This document shows positions 9,757 to 18,863 of a DNA stretch of 64,000 nucleotides, one piece after another (the stretch's first letter is position 1; each line of letters starts with the position of its first letter). Below the pieces are notes generated by a model that worked only from the letters and a program-made list of their open reading frames with translations, was not told the origin of the DNA and did not search any database. Origin of the DNA: an uncultured bacterium (GTDB taxonomy: Bacteria > Acidobacteriota > Thermoanaerobaculia > Multivoradales > JAHZIX01); the NCBI GenBank assembly GCA_965368975.1, contig CBDUPA010000018.1, positions 64,001 to 128,000 on the forward strand, in the 5' to 3' direction. The position numbers and the translations under genes were made by a program.

Positions 9757-9882
9757 CCCACGAGGGTCTCATCGCAAGGCGGTCACCCGCTACGAGAGAA
9801 CAACAGTTCGGAGCGCTTCGACAGCTTCAGCGTCAACGACAGCTGTCGAAGAATCCCACCCCCTGTTTCAGGGGGCTTTTTT
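9757..9882 (+). ncRNA. Candidate sigma54-dependent small RNA or leader RNA
   Basis: Lies between the sigma54 promoter and an intrinsic terminator. Perfect 11-bp stem 9816-9826/9841-9851. No ATG-started ORF inside. Confidence 0.55.
9859..9882 (+). terminator. Rho-independent terminator
   Basis: CCCCCTG-TTT-CAGGGGG followed by CTTTTTT. Confidence 0.8.
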
Positions 9883-9916
9883 GTTGCACGAATTCCTGAG
9901 CATAGAGCTATCATAT

Positions 9917-9944
9917 TTGCGTTCTTATCAGTATCCGCTATGCT
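9917..9944 (+). promoter_or_regulatory. Possible sigma70-type promoter for the ATPase/deaminase operon
   Basis: TTGCGT-16 nt-TATGCT in a locally AT-rich stretch. Confidence 0.35.
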
Positions 9945-10098
9945 TATACCAATCTTCTCCACCGAAATCGAACCGATCTCGGTTTTTTCTCTCTAGGAAC
10001 GCGGTTGAGTCAGCCAGGAGCTGGCGTTGGGATCTGCATCTCGTCGAGAGCGGCCTGACGGCGGCAGCCTGGAAACCACTGTTTCTCAGGGAGAGCGC

Positions 10099-13000
10099 AT
10101 GTCTGAGTCCATTTCCAGAAATCGAGTTCTTACGATCGACCTTGATCGCTCGAGGGCACCTCGCGCCTTCCGTGATCAAAACAGTCTCTGGGCCAGAGAT
10201 CTTGCCCGCATCTATCGACTGATCAAACATCAGGTCGATTTGATTGCTCCAGACAAGAAAGACGATGAGCAAGAGTCCGAGTGTCGGTCAAAACACAGGA
10301 AAAGCGAACGGCCCTGGTTGTCAATCGCAATCTTCGGTCCCTCGGGGTGCGGCAAGAGTTCCCTGCTGCGAACCCTGGTTGGTGATGTCGAGCGGCCACG
10401 CCTCCTCCCTGCCAGCTTGCGCAGCAAGGTTGCCTCGCTCCCCGTAACAGATCCGACAACTTGGTCCTCGAACGAGCAGTTCCTCTATGCGTTCTTGGCG
10501 AGTGCGTTGGAAAGAGAGCAGGACGCGCAGCACGACGACGAGGGGCCGCGCACGCTGGCGCGAGGACTCACCCCGGTACAGCTCGCCTTCCAGGACGTCA
10601 ACGAATACCTGCGAGTGGTCGACGACCCAGGCAAGACCGACGAAAACGATCCGCTCGGCTTGAGTTTGCAGAAACTCGAACGCCACACGAGCGGCCTGCG
10701 TCTAAGAGCTGCTCTGGGTACGTTCATTGACAGCCTGGCCGCGGCGCTGCAAGCGAAGGTCGTGCTACTTCCGGTCGACGATCTGGACATGGCTCCGGAA
10801 CACTTGGTGGAGTCACTGCAGGCGTATCAAAGCTTTCTCGTGCACCCAAAGCTCATCCCCATTTTCACGTTCACGGAGCGCATGCCTGAGGAACTGATTG
10901 AAGCGCACTTCCGCCAGCGCCTACGGCTCAAGGGGGACTCTGGCTCCCCAAGGGCGCAACGGGAAGACAACGACTACTCCCGCTTGACGATCGCTGAACA
11001 GATGGCCGTGCAGTTTTTGTCTCGCTGCTTCCCCGTGCGCAACCGCATTCGCCTGGGTCCAGCTCCAGCACGGGTACAACGCGCTGTCTACCAGAGTAAG
11101 CACGGCACTCGGGAAGACAACAGCGAGAATCCCAAGGTCTTGGAACTTCTGATCACGGCCAGCTTCCTCTTGTTCGGTTACCCAGACGAGGAGGATGCAC
11201 ACCGGGTACGTGCTGCGCTGCGCCCCTCTACCCTGCGGCGTCAGCTACAAGTCGTCGACGGCATGGCCGACTGCTTTCTCCACACGCTGCGGTCCCCGCA
11301 GCTGGCTCAGATGTCCTTGTTGGAAGACAGCACGAGTGAACAACTGAAGAGCTTGGGACAGCTGGCGGCCGATGACAAGTTGCACCTACCGGCCTTGTCC
11401 TTGAAGCCAGGCTGGGACTCCGAGCCCGAGAACCGGCTACGCAACCGCTGGAGCGCTCTGCAGGGGTACCTCCTCGCTCCCAGCCGAGCCAGCAACGACA
11501 TGAAACGTCCGCACGGAGCCGGGTACTTGAAGCTAGCCCACGAGCTTCGGAAGCTCAATCGCAACGCAACCTGGGGCACGATCTTCGACAGAGCAAGCTG
11601 GACCTTGCTCAACGTCCACCGAGATACCCTGCGAGAACTCAGCCTCTATCTCGAAGACCTCTACAGCTGGAGTCCGCGAGAGCTGCGCAGCGTGGTGCTG
11701 AACAAGATCCTCAGTCAGCAGGGTGGTGTGAGACGCATGGTCGTCGACCGTTGGCTGAATCGTACCGATTATCGGCGCAGCCAGGTCTTGTCCTTGCTGG
11801 CGGCCAATATCTTCCGCCCCTGGATGGTCGGTGAGGAGCCCTATGGTGACGAGGAAGCTGCTGTCCGAGCACAGCAGCGAATCGACAGCCACCCAGAGGA
11901 ATCCATCGACCAGAGCTGGAATCCCAGCGAGAACAACTCCTATCCGCTTCTCGAACCTGTGCAGGTATGCGACCGTCTCACCATCTCCTCCATTCACGGA
12001 CTACTTTGGTTTATCGAGGTCACGATGGGTTTCTACCTACCGCAGGTTGTCGCACGCAACTGGCGACTCTCTATTTCAGGTGACGACAACCTCACAGAGC
12101 GTTTCAGCGGCAATGGCTGGGACCTGCAACGAGCTCCGGTGAATGCCGTGCGCGTAGCTGATGCAAAGCAGGAAGGCACAGCCTTCGGCATGCTGTTTCT
12201 AGATGCCGTGGGCTATAGCCGAGCGCTCGACCCGCAGGACAACTGGCAAGACAAATTGAAGCGCCAGAAAGTCTTACCTCTCCACGAGGACCAGGAAGCA
12301 GCGAACTTCGACTTAGAGGCCTTGGCCCAGGAACTGGACGAGCTGCAGCCGGTCGAGCCCAAGACGACACCGGCCGGACGCCTCCTCCTACGCCTCTGGA
12401 CCTGTTACGGCTTCAGCCAGGGCCGGTACTGGGCCGTTCTCTCGCTGTGGCGGGGTCTCGGCATTATCGGACAAGTCCTGGAACTCGAGTTGCGCAAGCG
12501 TCAGCCCTTGGAGAAGCTCGCGGCTTTCTATACCGCGAAGCTCTCAGAGCACACGACTGGTAGCCTGTATCCAAGGCTCACGAACCTCATCAGAGAGCAA
12601 GAAGAGAAGGCCAATGCAGAGTCCGCCCCAGACGCCCAGGAACTGGTCAGGATCTATCAGTCGTTGTGCCAAGACCTCGAGCGTCTGCTGCGCTCGCATT
12701 GCCTGGCAGGTATGGTCCCGGGTGCATTCCTCGAGCGCACCAAGGAAGAACGCTCCATGCATCTGGCCTTTCCGAGCTGGCAGCCGCATGACCTCGAAAC
12801 CGAGGGGGCGATCAGGACACTGGCCCAAGACCTGCTCGATTGGCTGATCTTCAACTGGCACGACAAGATCTTTCCCTTGCCTGCTGGAGACATCTGGATC
12901 GGTTGGCGCGACGATTTCGTCCGCCGCCTGCACGGGGATCTGATCCTCGGCTCGCTCTGGCCGCATATGAAGGGCAATTATCTGGACAGCCACTTGCGTT

Positions 13001-13674
13001 ACGACTCAGGGCAAGAGCTGGCCTGCCTACGCAGCCTCCGCGTCGACGGTAGTAAGGCCAGCCGACACTTCAACGCCACCCAGATCGCAACGGGAACACA
13101 TGTCAGCCACTGGACAGCCAGTCTGGCGGTGAGCACTTGGTCCGATACCCTCCTCACGTACTGGCGCGGCTGCCCATCCCTCTTGAAACTCCTTCTCACC
13201 TGCCCGGTGTTCTTGAGAAGTCCGCAACGGTTTGGTCCGCTGCCGGTAGACAGCGACTCGCAGCCCCTCAATGAAGTCACCCAGCACGACTTCAGGACCA
13301 CTCTGCAGAACTTGAGAGACATTCCACAGGCAGACGGTAAGCGCCCCGCGAGCATCGAAGCAACGGGTCCAGAACGTGTCCGACTCGCTTGGCTGCATCG
13401 CCTGGCCATTCCAGCGGAAGTTTGGGACACGATCGTCGACTACTGGCAATCCTGTGCAGGAACTCCGCCAGACACAGAACCAGCGCAGCAGACCGGTGAC
13501 TCTGAGCCAGAAACAGCTGAAGCAGAGGAGGCCGCGGCGGAAGAGCGGCAGGCTCCTGGTACCGGCTCAAGTCCACCTCCCCTCTTGGTCGATGTTCACG
13601 ACCTGGTACCCGACGAGTTCTGCATCCAGCGCATTCCATTGCAAGTCTTCAGCTTTGCCGGAGATCCTGAGTGA
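10099..13674 (+). CDS. rdrA: RADAR-like P-loop ATPase (RdrA-like)
   Basis: Walker A AIFGPSGCGKSS, Walker B VVLLPVDDLDM, long helical C-terminus. Its stop overlaps the GTG of the deaminase. ATG 10099 has an AGGGAG RBS. Confidence 0.75.
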   Translation: MSESISRNRVLTIDLDRSRAPRAFRDQNSLWARDLARIYRLIKHQVDLIAPDKKDDEQESECRSKHRKSERPWLSIAIFGPSGCGKSSLLRTLVGDVERPRLLPASLRSKVASLPVTDPTTWSSNEQFLYAFLASALEREQDAQHDDEGPRTLARGLTPVQLAFQDVNEYLRVVDDPGKTDENDPLGLSLQKLERHTSGLRLRAALGTFIDSLAAALQAKVVLLPVDDLDMAPEHLVESLQAYQSFLVHPKLIPIFTFTERMPEELIEAHFRQRLRLKGDSGSPRAQREDNDYSRLTIAEQMAVQFLSRCFPVRNRIRLGPAPARVQRAVYQSKHGTREDNSENPKVLELLITASFLLFGYPDEEDAHRVRAALRPSTLRRQLQVVDGMADCFLHTLRSPQLAQMSLLEDSTSEQLKSLGQLAADDKLHLPALSLKPGWDSEPENRLRNRWSALQGYLLAPSRASNDMKRPHGAGYLKLAHELRKLNRNATWGTIFDRASWTLLNVHRDTLRELSLYLEDLYSWSPRELRSVVLNKILSQQGGVRRMVVDRWLNRTDYRRSQVLSLLAANIFRPWMVGEEPYGDEEAAVRAQQRIDSHPEESIDQSWNPSENNSYPLLEPVQVCDRLTISSIHGLLWFIEVTMGFYLPQVVARNWRLSISGDDNLTERFSGNGWDLQRAPVNAVRVADAKQEGTAFGMLFLDAVGYSRALDPQDNWQDKLKRQKVLPLHEDQEAANFDLEALAQELDELQPVEPKTTPAGRLLLRLWTCYGFSQGRYWAVLSLWRGLGIIGQVLELELRKRQPLEKLAAFYTAKLSEHTTGSLYPRLTNLIREQEEKANAESAPDAQELVRIYQSLCQDLERLLRSHCLAGMVPGAFLERTKEERSMHLAFPSWQPHDLETEGAIRTLAQDLLDWLIFNWHDKIFPLPAGDIWIGWRDDFVRRLHGDLILGSLWPHMKGNYLDSHLRYDSGQELACLRSLRVDGSKASRHFNATQIATGTHVSHWTASLAVSTWSDTLLTYWRGCPSLLKLLLTCPVFLRSPQRFGPLPVDSDSQPLNEVTQHDFRTTLQNLRDIPQADGKRPASIEATGPERVRLAWLHRLAIPAEVWDTIVDYWQSCAGTPPDTEPAQQTGDSEPETAEAEEAAAEERQAPGTGSSPPPLLVDVHDLVPDEFCIQRIPLQVFSFAGDPE

Positions 13675-16600
13675 CCTCTCCCACGAGCCCTGGCCCCAGG
13701 TCTCTGCCGGCACTACCAATCCACATCCTGGGCCACATTGCGCCGATCCTGACCTGGACCGAAAGTGGCAACGTCAGCCGGCTGCCACCGACCTGGCAAA
13801 CGGAATCCGTCGCCTTTGCCGATCGCGAACGCGACTGGCTGCTACGCGAGCTACCGACCTACTCCTACACCAACGTCCAGGAGATCGTCCGTGGCACGCG
13901 CAAGGACCACAGTGGCCCCAAGCCCGTCCGCATGCCTTCAGCTTCTCGCTTCCCTTCCCTGTCGCCACCGGAAGGATTCGACCTGCAGGAGGCTTTTCGG
14001 GCCCTCAACCTGTACTTCTTGCTCTGGAACGGCACGGAACCCTGCGTCCGGCAGGGGCGCATGGAAGAACTCCATGAGCTGGCACTTCGGCTACCGGCTG
14101 GCCACATCGTGCGCCACTCCCACGCCCGTGCCATTTCGGAGGGTGTCCTCACACTCGAAGACGCTCTGGCTCTACCGGAACAAGTGACCCTGCTGCCCAG
14201 CAACTCTCACGGCCTCCGGACGATAGTGCGCAAGGGGCTGAGCGAGAGCCACTTACACCTGACTGGTGTCACCAGTGCCGAGGAAACCTGGGCCAACAAC
14301 CTGCTCAGTCCAATACCCAGCCGTCCCGTTCATGCCAGGAGCCGTCCCGAACAACGGCTCCTGACTCTCAACCTGTTTGCCGGTAGGTTGCTCGCTCTAG
14401 CCGTCTGGTACTCCCTGCAGCCTATCAATACACTCCGGCTCGACCACCTCCTCCTGCTGCAAGGACTCGACAGTCTGTACTTCGCGCGCACTGCAGCCGA
14501 AGAGAACTATGCGGTGCTCTGGCTTCATCGCAGCCTCAAACGCACGCTCGAACACACGGCCAAGAAGGCCCTGCCACTGCCGATGGAATACAGTTTTCTT
14601 CGTCGTTGGTTGAGTCCGGCCAGTCACCATCTCACACAGCGCGGCAAGTACCTACCCTCCAGCCTTCCAGAGAGCCTTACCGACCGTTGTAGGTACTTGC
14701 ACAAGCTACACTTGGCCGCTCACCTCCGGCTCGTCCAGCTTCCGCACCACCCCCGGAACGCCCCTCCGAGGCAAACCTCCCCGACAGGTCGTGACGGCCA
14801 CTACACACCCGACCACCGCTGGTTCTTCTTGCACGAAACACTCTTCCGTTACCTGGTGTGCCGCACGCACCACTGGCAGATGACGGCTCAACAAGGGGCC
14901 ACCACTGGTCTGTCTTACTTCCGTACCTACTACAGCTCCCAGCACCGGAAGCTGACCAAGATCAACGACTTTCAGTACGCCCGGCTTGTGTTTTCGCAGC
15001 TGCGACGCTGGCGTGGTCTGCGCGTCCTCGAAGGCCGGGTTGCTCCCCCAAAGCGGGCACAGCAGCTAGCTCACTGGATTCTGGCCTACGCACAGCAGGA
15101 GGATCGCCGTATCCGCAAGTTCGGCTTGGTCGTGCACTTCAAGAAGGAAGACGAAGACCAAGAAGAACGCCCGCTACGCAGTTCACGTGGCCTCCGCCTG
15201 CGCTGGGGAAAGCGGCGACGCCTGGTACGAGACGAAGGTCTTCGCCTGTACCGACTACTGCAGAGCCCGACTCCGGTGACGCCGTTTGTCGTCGGCATTG
15301 ATGCCTGTAACCTGGAGCTGGCGACCCCTCCCGAAGTGTTCGCTCCAGTCTTTCGCTTCCTACGAGAACTGCCGATCTCACTGAAGGGCAATAATCGGCG
15401 CTACGCTCCCTACTTCGAGCTCGACCCGGTAATCCGCAAGCTAGCAGAGAACCGCCGTTTGGGCATGACCTACCACGTCGGTGAGGACTTCCGACACCTG
15501 CTTTCCGGACTGCGTGCCATCCACGAGGTCGTTCTGTTCTTGGAACCGCAGCCAGGTGACCGCCTCGGTCACGGCACCGCGCTGGCCCTGCAGCCACGGG
15601 ACTGGCTAGAACACAACGGGTACCAGGCCGTCGTACCCCGCCTGGAGTGGCTCGACACGCTCGTCTGGGTCCACCATTTCCTGGGTCCCGGTGACGATCT
15701 CGTCGGCGAGCTCGGTATCGAGGACGAGATTCAGCGCCACAGTTGGAAGGTCTACAGCGAGGCCCTGAGGCGGCTGGACCACAATCATACCCATCCTCTC
15801 GATCAAGATCTGCATCCGCTCAGCTTGTGGGACGCCTGGTATTTGCGACAACTCGACCCTTATTGTGTCGACCTACCCAAGCTGCGGAGTCGCGAGTTGG
15901 GGCTACGCCCCCTACGCAGTGCATCGGAAGAGAGCCGGCGCTGGTACTCAGTGCAGGATCGCGTCTTGCAGCACATTAATGAGACCGTCGGGTCGCGCAA
16001 CGCGTACCTACTGCTTGCGCTCTACTGGCTCAGCCCGCTAGTTCGAGAAGCTGGCAATGAGATCCTGGTCATCAACATGCAGAAGCAGCACCGGCAATGG
16101 CTCGAGCTGTGCCAGCGCGTCGAGGAACGCATGAAGGACCTGATCCATGAACGTGAGCTTGTCGTCGAGGTCAACCCCTCAGCCAATCGCATCATTGGTC
16201 CGATGGCACGCTACGGCCAACACCACGTCTTCCAACTGACGCTCGACGAGAACCGCCGACTGTCCCGCAAGGTTCGCGTGTCGGTCAACACGGACAACCC
16301 AGCCGTTTGCAACACCACTCTGGCCCATGAGCACTACCTACTTGGCGAGATCCTGATCGGGCAAGGCGTGCCGGAAGCCGAGGTGGCGAAATGGTTGGAG
16401 TGGCTGCGCAGCAACGGCGAGGAATACAACTTCGTACGCCGACTACGAACTCCGGAAGAGGATTCGGACACCAAGAAGCTCTTCGACTGGTTGCGCAACA
16501 TTCGTCCGACGGTTCGAGACGCTGAGACGCGTCAGAGCAAACTCGACGCCTTCCATACCTGGCATCAGCGAACTCGCCTCCGTAGCCAGGGCTTCGAGCC

Positions 16601-16820
16601 CGATCTGATCGAGCAACACCCCGAAGTCCTGGACCGTATCCTCAGCCTCGAACAGCAGCTCGAGCACCAGCGAATCGCTCACGAGGACGAGATAGCCACC
16701 CGCCACCAACTCGACCAGGAGTATCGGCAGGTCCTCGACCGATACAAAGCCGAATTGGCTGAACGCGATCGCCTCTGGGAAGAGGTGAAGAAACTACGAC
16801 GAACTGCTGCTGGCACCTGA
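13671..16820 (+). CDS. rdrB: RADAR-like large adenosine deaminase (RdrB-like)
   Basis: Amidohydrolase/ADA motifs ESHLHLTG, GIDACNLE, TYHVGEDF, RLGHGTAL, VEVNPSAN and VNTDNP; 1049 aa; GTGA overlap with the ATPase. Confidence 0.8.
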   Translation: MTSPTSPGPRSLPALPIHILGHIAPILTWTESGNVSRLPPTWQTESVAFADRERDWLLRELPTYSYTNVQEIVRGTRKDHSGPKPVRMPSASRFPSLSPPEGFDLQEAFRALNLYFLLWNGTEPCVRQGRMEELHELALRLPAGHIVRHSHARAISEGVLTLEDALALPEQVTLLPSNSHGLRTIVRKGLSESHLHLTGVTSAEETWANNLLSPIPSRPVHARSRPEQRLLTLNLFAGRLLALAVWYSLQPINTLRLDHLLLLQGLDSLYFARTAAEENYAVLWLHRSLKRTLEHTAKKALPLPMEYSFLRRWLSPASHHLTQRGKYLPSSLPESLTDRCRYLHKLHLAAHLRLVQLPHHPRNAPPRQTSPTGRDGHYTPDHRWFFLHETLFRYLVCRTHHWQMTAQQGATTGLSYFRTYYSSQHRKLTKINDFQYARLVFSQLRRWRGLRVLEGRVAPPKRAQQLAHWILAYAQQEDRRIRKFGLVVHFKKEDEDQEERPLRSSRGLRLRWGKRRRLVRDEGLRLYRLLQSPTPVTPFVVGIDACNLELATPPEVFAPVFRFLRELPISLKGNNRRYAPYFELDPVIRKLAENRRLGMTYHVGEDFRHLLSGLRAIHEVVLFLEPQPGDRLGHGTALALQPRDWLEHNGYQAVVPRLEWLDTLVWVHHFLGPGDDLVGELGIEDEIQRHSWKVYSEALRRLDHNHTHPLDQDLHPLSLWDAWYLRQLDPYCVDLPKLRSRELGLRPLRSASEESRRWYSVQDRVLQHINETVGSRNAYLLLALYWLSPLVREAGNEILVINMQKQHRQWLELCQRVEERMKDLIHERELVVEVNPSANRIIGPMARYGQHHVFQLTLDENRRLSRKVRVSVNTDNPAVCNTTLAHEHYLLGEILIGQGVPEAEVAKWLEWLRSNGEEYNFVRRLRTPEEDSDTKKLFDWLRNIRPTVRDAETRQSKLDAFHTWHQRTRLRSQGFEPDLIEQHPEVLDRILSLEQQLEHQRIAHEDEIATRHQLDQEYRQVLDRYKAELAERDRLWEEVKKLRRTAAGT

Positions 16821-16838
16821 TCTCGGTACCCTCCGGGT

Positions 16839-17438
16839 TCAGTGCCCCGCGAGTCGCAACTGCTTCCTGAGCCACTCGGCTTGACGCTGGATCTTCTCGT
16901 ACTCTTTGGTATTCAGCCTCTGCCAAGCCAAGATGCACAGCAGCATCAAGACGAGGCCAGCGAGGTTGCCAGCCGAGATTTTCCAGTAAGCCCAATCCGG
17001 GGCGTTCGGAGATAAAAACACCCACAGGTTGAAGCTGACTACCAAGCAAGCACTGTTCAAGGCCCAACCGCGGCAGATGCGTAGCCGACTACGGCCGTAC
17101 TCCAAGTGTGCCCACAGGGCAGAGCCGTAGTGCACTAGGGTCCTGCGATCGTGATGATAGCTTTCGAACTTACCTCTGTAGACCAGATTGAAATGCTTCT
17201 TGTCCTGCCTGTCGAAAAGCCAGTCTGCCACTCGATCCGTGATGATCCCCAGCAGATAGGCAAAGGTAAGGACAGGCAACAGAGTCGTGATCGACGAGAC
17301 ACTGCCACCGAGATTCCTGGGATCGTAGCCGAAAAGAGTCGCCCCCAATAGAAACACCCACGCCAATGTGCCAAAGCCAATAACCAGCAACTCCACGAAG
17401 AACTGCGTGGTTGCCATGGTCCCACCTGAATCAGACAT
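16839..17438 (-). CDS. Hypothetical 4-TM membrane protein
   Basis: AAGGAGGT RBS before ATG 17438; four hydrophobic segments; convergent with the deaminase, 18-bp gap. Confidence 0.75.
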   Translation of the reverse strand: MSDSGGTMATTQFFVELLVIGFGTLAWVFLLGATLFGYDPRNLGGSVSSITTLLPVLTFAYLLGIITDRVADWLFDRQDKKHFNLVYRGKFESYHHDRRTLVHYGSALWAHLEYGRSRLRICRGWALNSACLVVSFNLWVFLSPNAPDWAYWKISAGNLAGLVLMLLCILAWQRLNTKEYEKIQRQAEWLRKQLRLAGH

Positions 17439-17605
17439 CGACACCTCCTTTGAAACTGAGGAAGCTGGTAGCGACAGTAGAGTCAATGAACTTTAGCATG
17501 CAGCGTGGCGTGAAACAGCTTCCTCACTGGTAACGCGGCTGATGAATTCAGTGTACGCTCAGCCGGTCGCGGCCATCACCGGTACCGACAGGCCCCAAAT
17601 CTTCT

Positions 17606-18811
17606 ATGCCACCCAGAAAACCCGGCAAGCACGCGCTGCTCTTCATCTTCATCACGGTCCTGCTCGACTCGATCGGCCTCGGCATCATCATCCCAGTGAT
17701 GCCAGAACTGATCATGGAACTGACGGGCGAGGGACTGGGCAAGGCCGCGACGTACGGTGGCTGGATGCTCTTTCTGTACGCCGCAGTGCAATTCCTATGC
17801 GCACCGCTGATCGGCAACCTGAGCGATCGCTTCGGTCGTCGGGTGGTGCTGCTGATGTCGCTGTTCGCCTTTGGTTGCGACTACTTGCTGATGGGTTTCG
17901 CACCGACGCTGAGCTGGTTGTTCGTGGGTCGCTTCATTGCCGGCATCGCCGGCGCGACGTACAGTCCGGCCTACGCTTTCATCGCGGACATCAGCACACC
18001 CGAGAAGCGCCCGCAGAACTTTGGCCTGGTCGGCGCTGCGTTCGGCATGGGCTTCATCCTCGGACCGGTGATCGGTGGCCTGCTGGGCGACTTCGGCCCC
18101 AGAATTCCATTCTTCGTTGCCGCGGGCATCGCATTTCTCACCTTTGCCTACGGCTTCCTCGTGCTACCCGAGAGTCTGCCTGAAGACCAGCGCCGCCCTT
18201 TCCAACTGAGCCGTGCCAATCCACTCGGGACCTTGCTGCACCTGCGTAAGTTTCCGGCTCTCATCGGCGGGCTCGGAGTCCTGTTCCTTTACTACATGGC
18301 ACACCACGTTTGCCCGGCAACATGGTCTTACTTCACCATCGAGCGATTCGGCTGGAGCGAACGGCAGATAGGCTACTCACTCGGCGGCATCGGTCTGGCC
18401 ATGGCCTTCAGCCAAGGCTACCTGACCCGGGTCCTGATTCCTCGTCTCGGACCCCGACGAGCAGCGGTGCTGGGTATCGTCGCCGCGAGTGTGGCCTACG
18501 TGGGTTTCGCCTTCGCGACTGCCGGTTGGATGCTCTTTGCCTGGATGACCCTGTGGGCACTGTGCGGGCTGACGGCTCCCTCGATCCAGGGCATCTTGTC
18601 GAGTCGGATCCCAGCCGATGCACAGGGCGAGTTGCAGGGCGGAATCGCCAGCCTCGGTAGCTTGGCGGCAATCGTGGCGCCGCCGGTGATGACGCAACTA
18701 TTCGGTTACTTCACGTCGGCCAAAGCGCCCGTGTACCTGCCGGGCGCCGCTTTCCTCTTGGCGGCGATTCTGCTGCTGGTGGCGTTGCTCTTGGTTCGCC
18801 GGTCGCACTGA
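17606..18811 (+). CDS. TCR/Tet-family MFS efflux transporter
   Basis: About 12 TMs; LDSIGLGIIIPVMP, motif A GNLSDRFGRR, motif C GFILGPVIGG. Confidence 0.9.
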   Translation: MPPRKPGKHALLFIFITVLLDSIGLGIIIPVMPELIMELTGEGLGKAATYGGWMLFLYAAVQFLCAPLIGNLSDRFGRRVVLLMSLFAFGCDYLLMGFAPTLSWLFVGRFIAGIAGATYSPAYAFIADISTPEKRPQNFGLVGAAFGMGFILGPVIGGLLGDFGPRIPFFVAAGIAFLTFAYGFLVLPESLPEDQRRPFQLSRANPLGTLLHLRKFPALIGGLGVLFLYYMAHHVCPATWSYFTIERFGWSERQIGYSLGGIGLAMAFSQGYLTRVLIPRLGPRRAAVLGIVAASVAYVGFAFATAGWMLFAWMTLWALCGLTAPSIQGILSSRIPADAQGELQGGIASLGSLAAIVAPPVMTQLFGYFTSAKAPVYLPGAAFLLAAILLLVALLLVRRSH

Positions 18812-18863
18812 CCTTGGCTGTGAGCTGCCGCGAGGCGCCGAGTTCCGCAGCCAACTCTAGGAT

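Noticed and set aside
9757-9882. Retron msr-msd, tRNA or known riboswitch
   Set aside because: No reverse transcriptase is nearby, there is no cloverleaf or T-loop, and I recognise no aptamer consensus.
9662-10222. 186-aa ORF across the kinase-rdrA intergenic region
   Set aside because: It spans a sigma54 promoter, a terminator and the rdrA start, and has no protein-like motifs; probably spurious.
9880-17560. Prophage or integrative-element boundaries around the RADAR-like block
   Set aside because: I saw no integrase, tRNA or flanking direct repeats; horizontal origin is suggested only by composition.
17606-18811. Mobile tetracycline-resistance determinant
   Set aside because: No tetR, IS or transposon ends are present; this is a generic chromosomal TCR-family MFS of unknown substrate.
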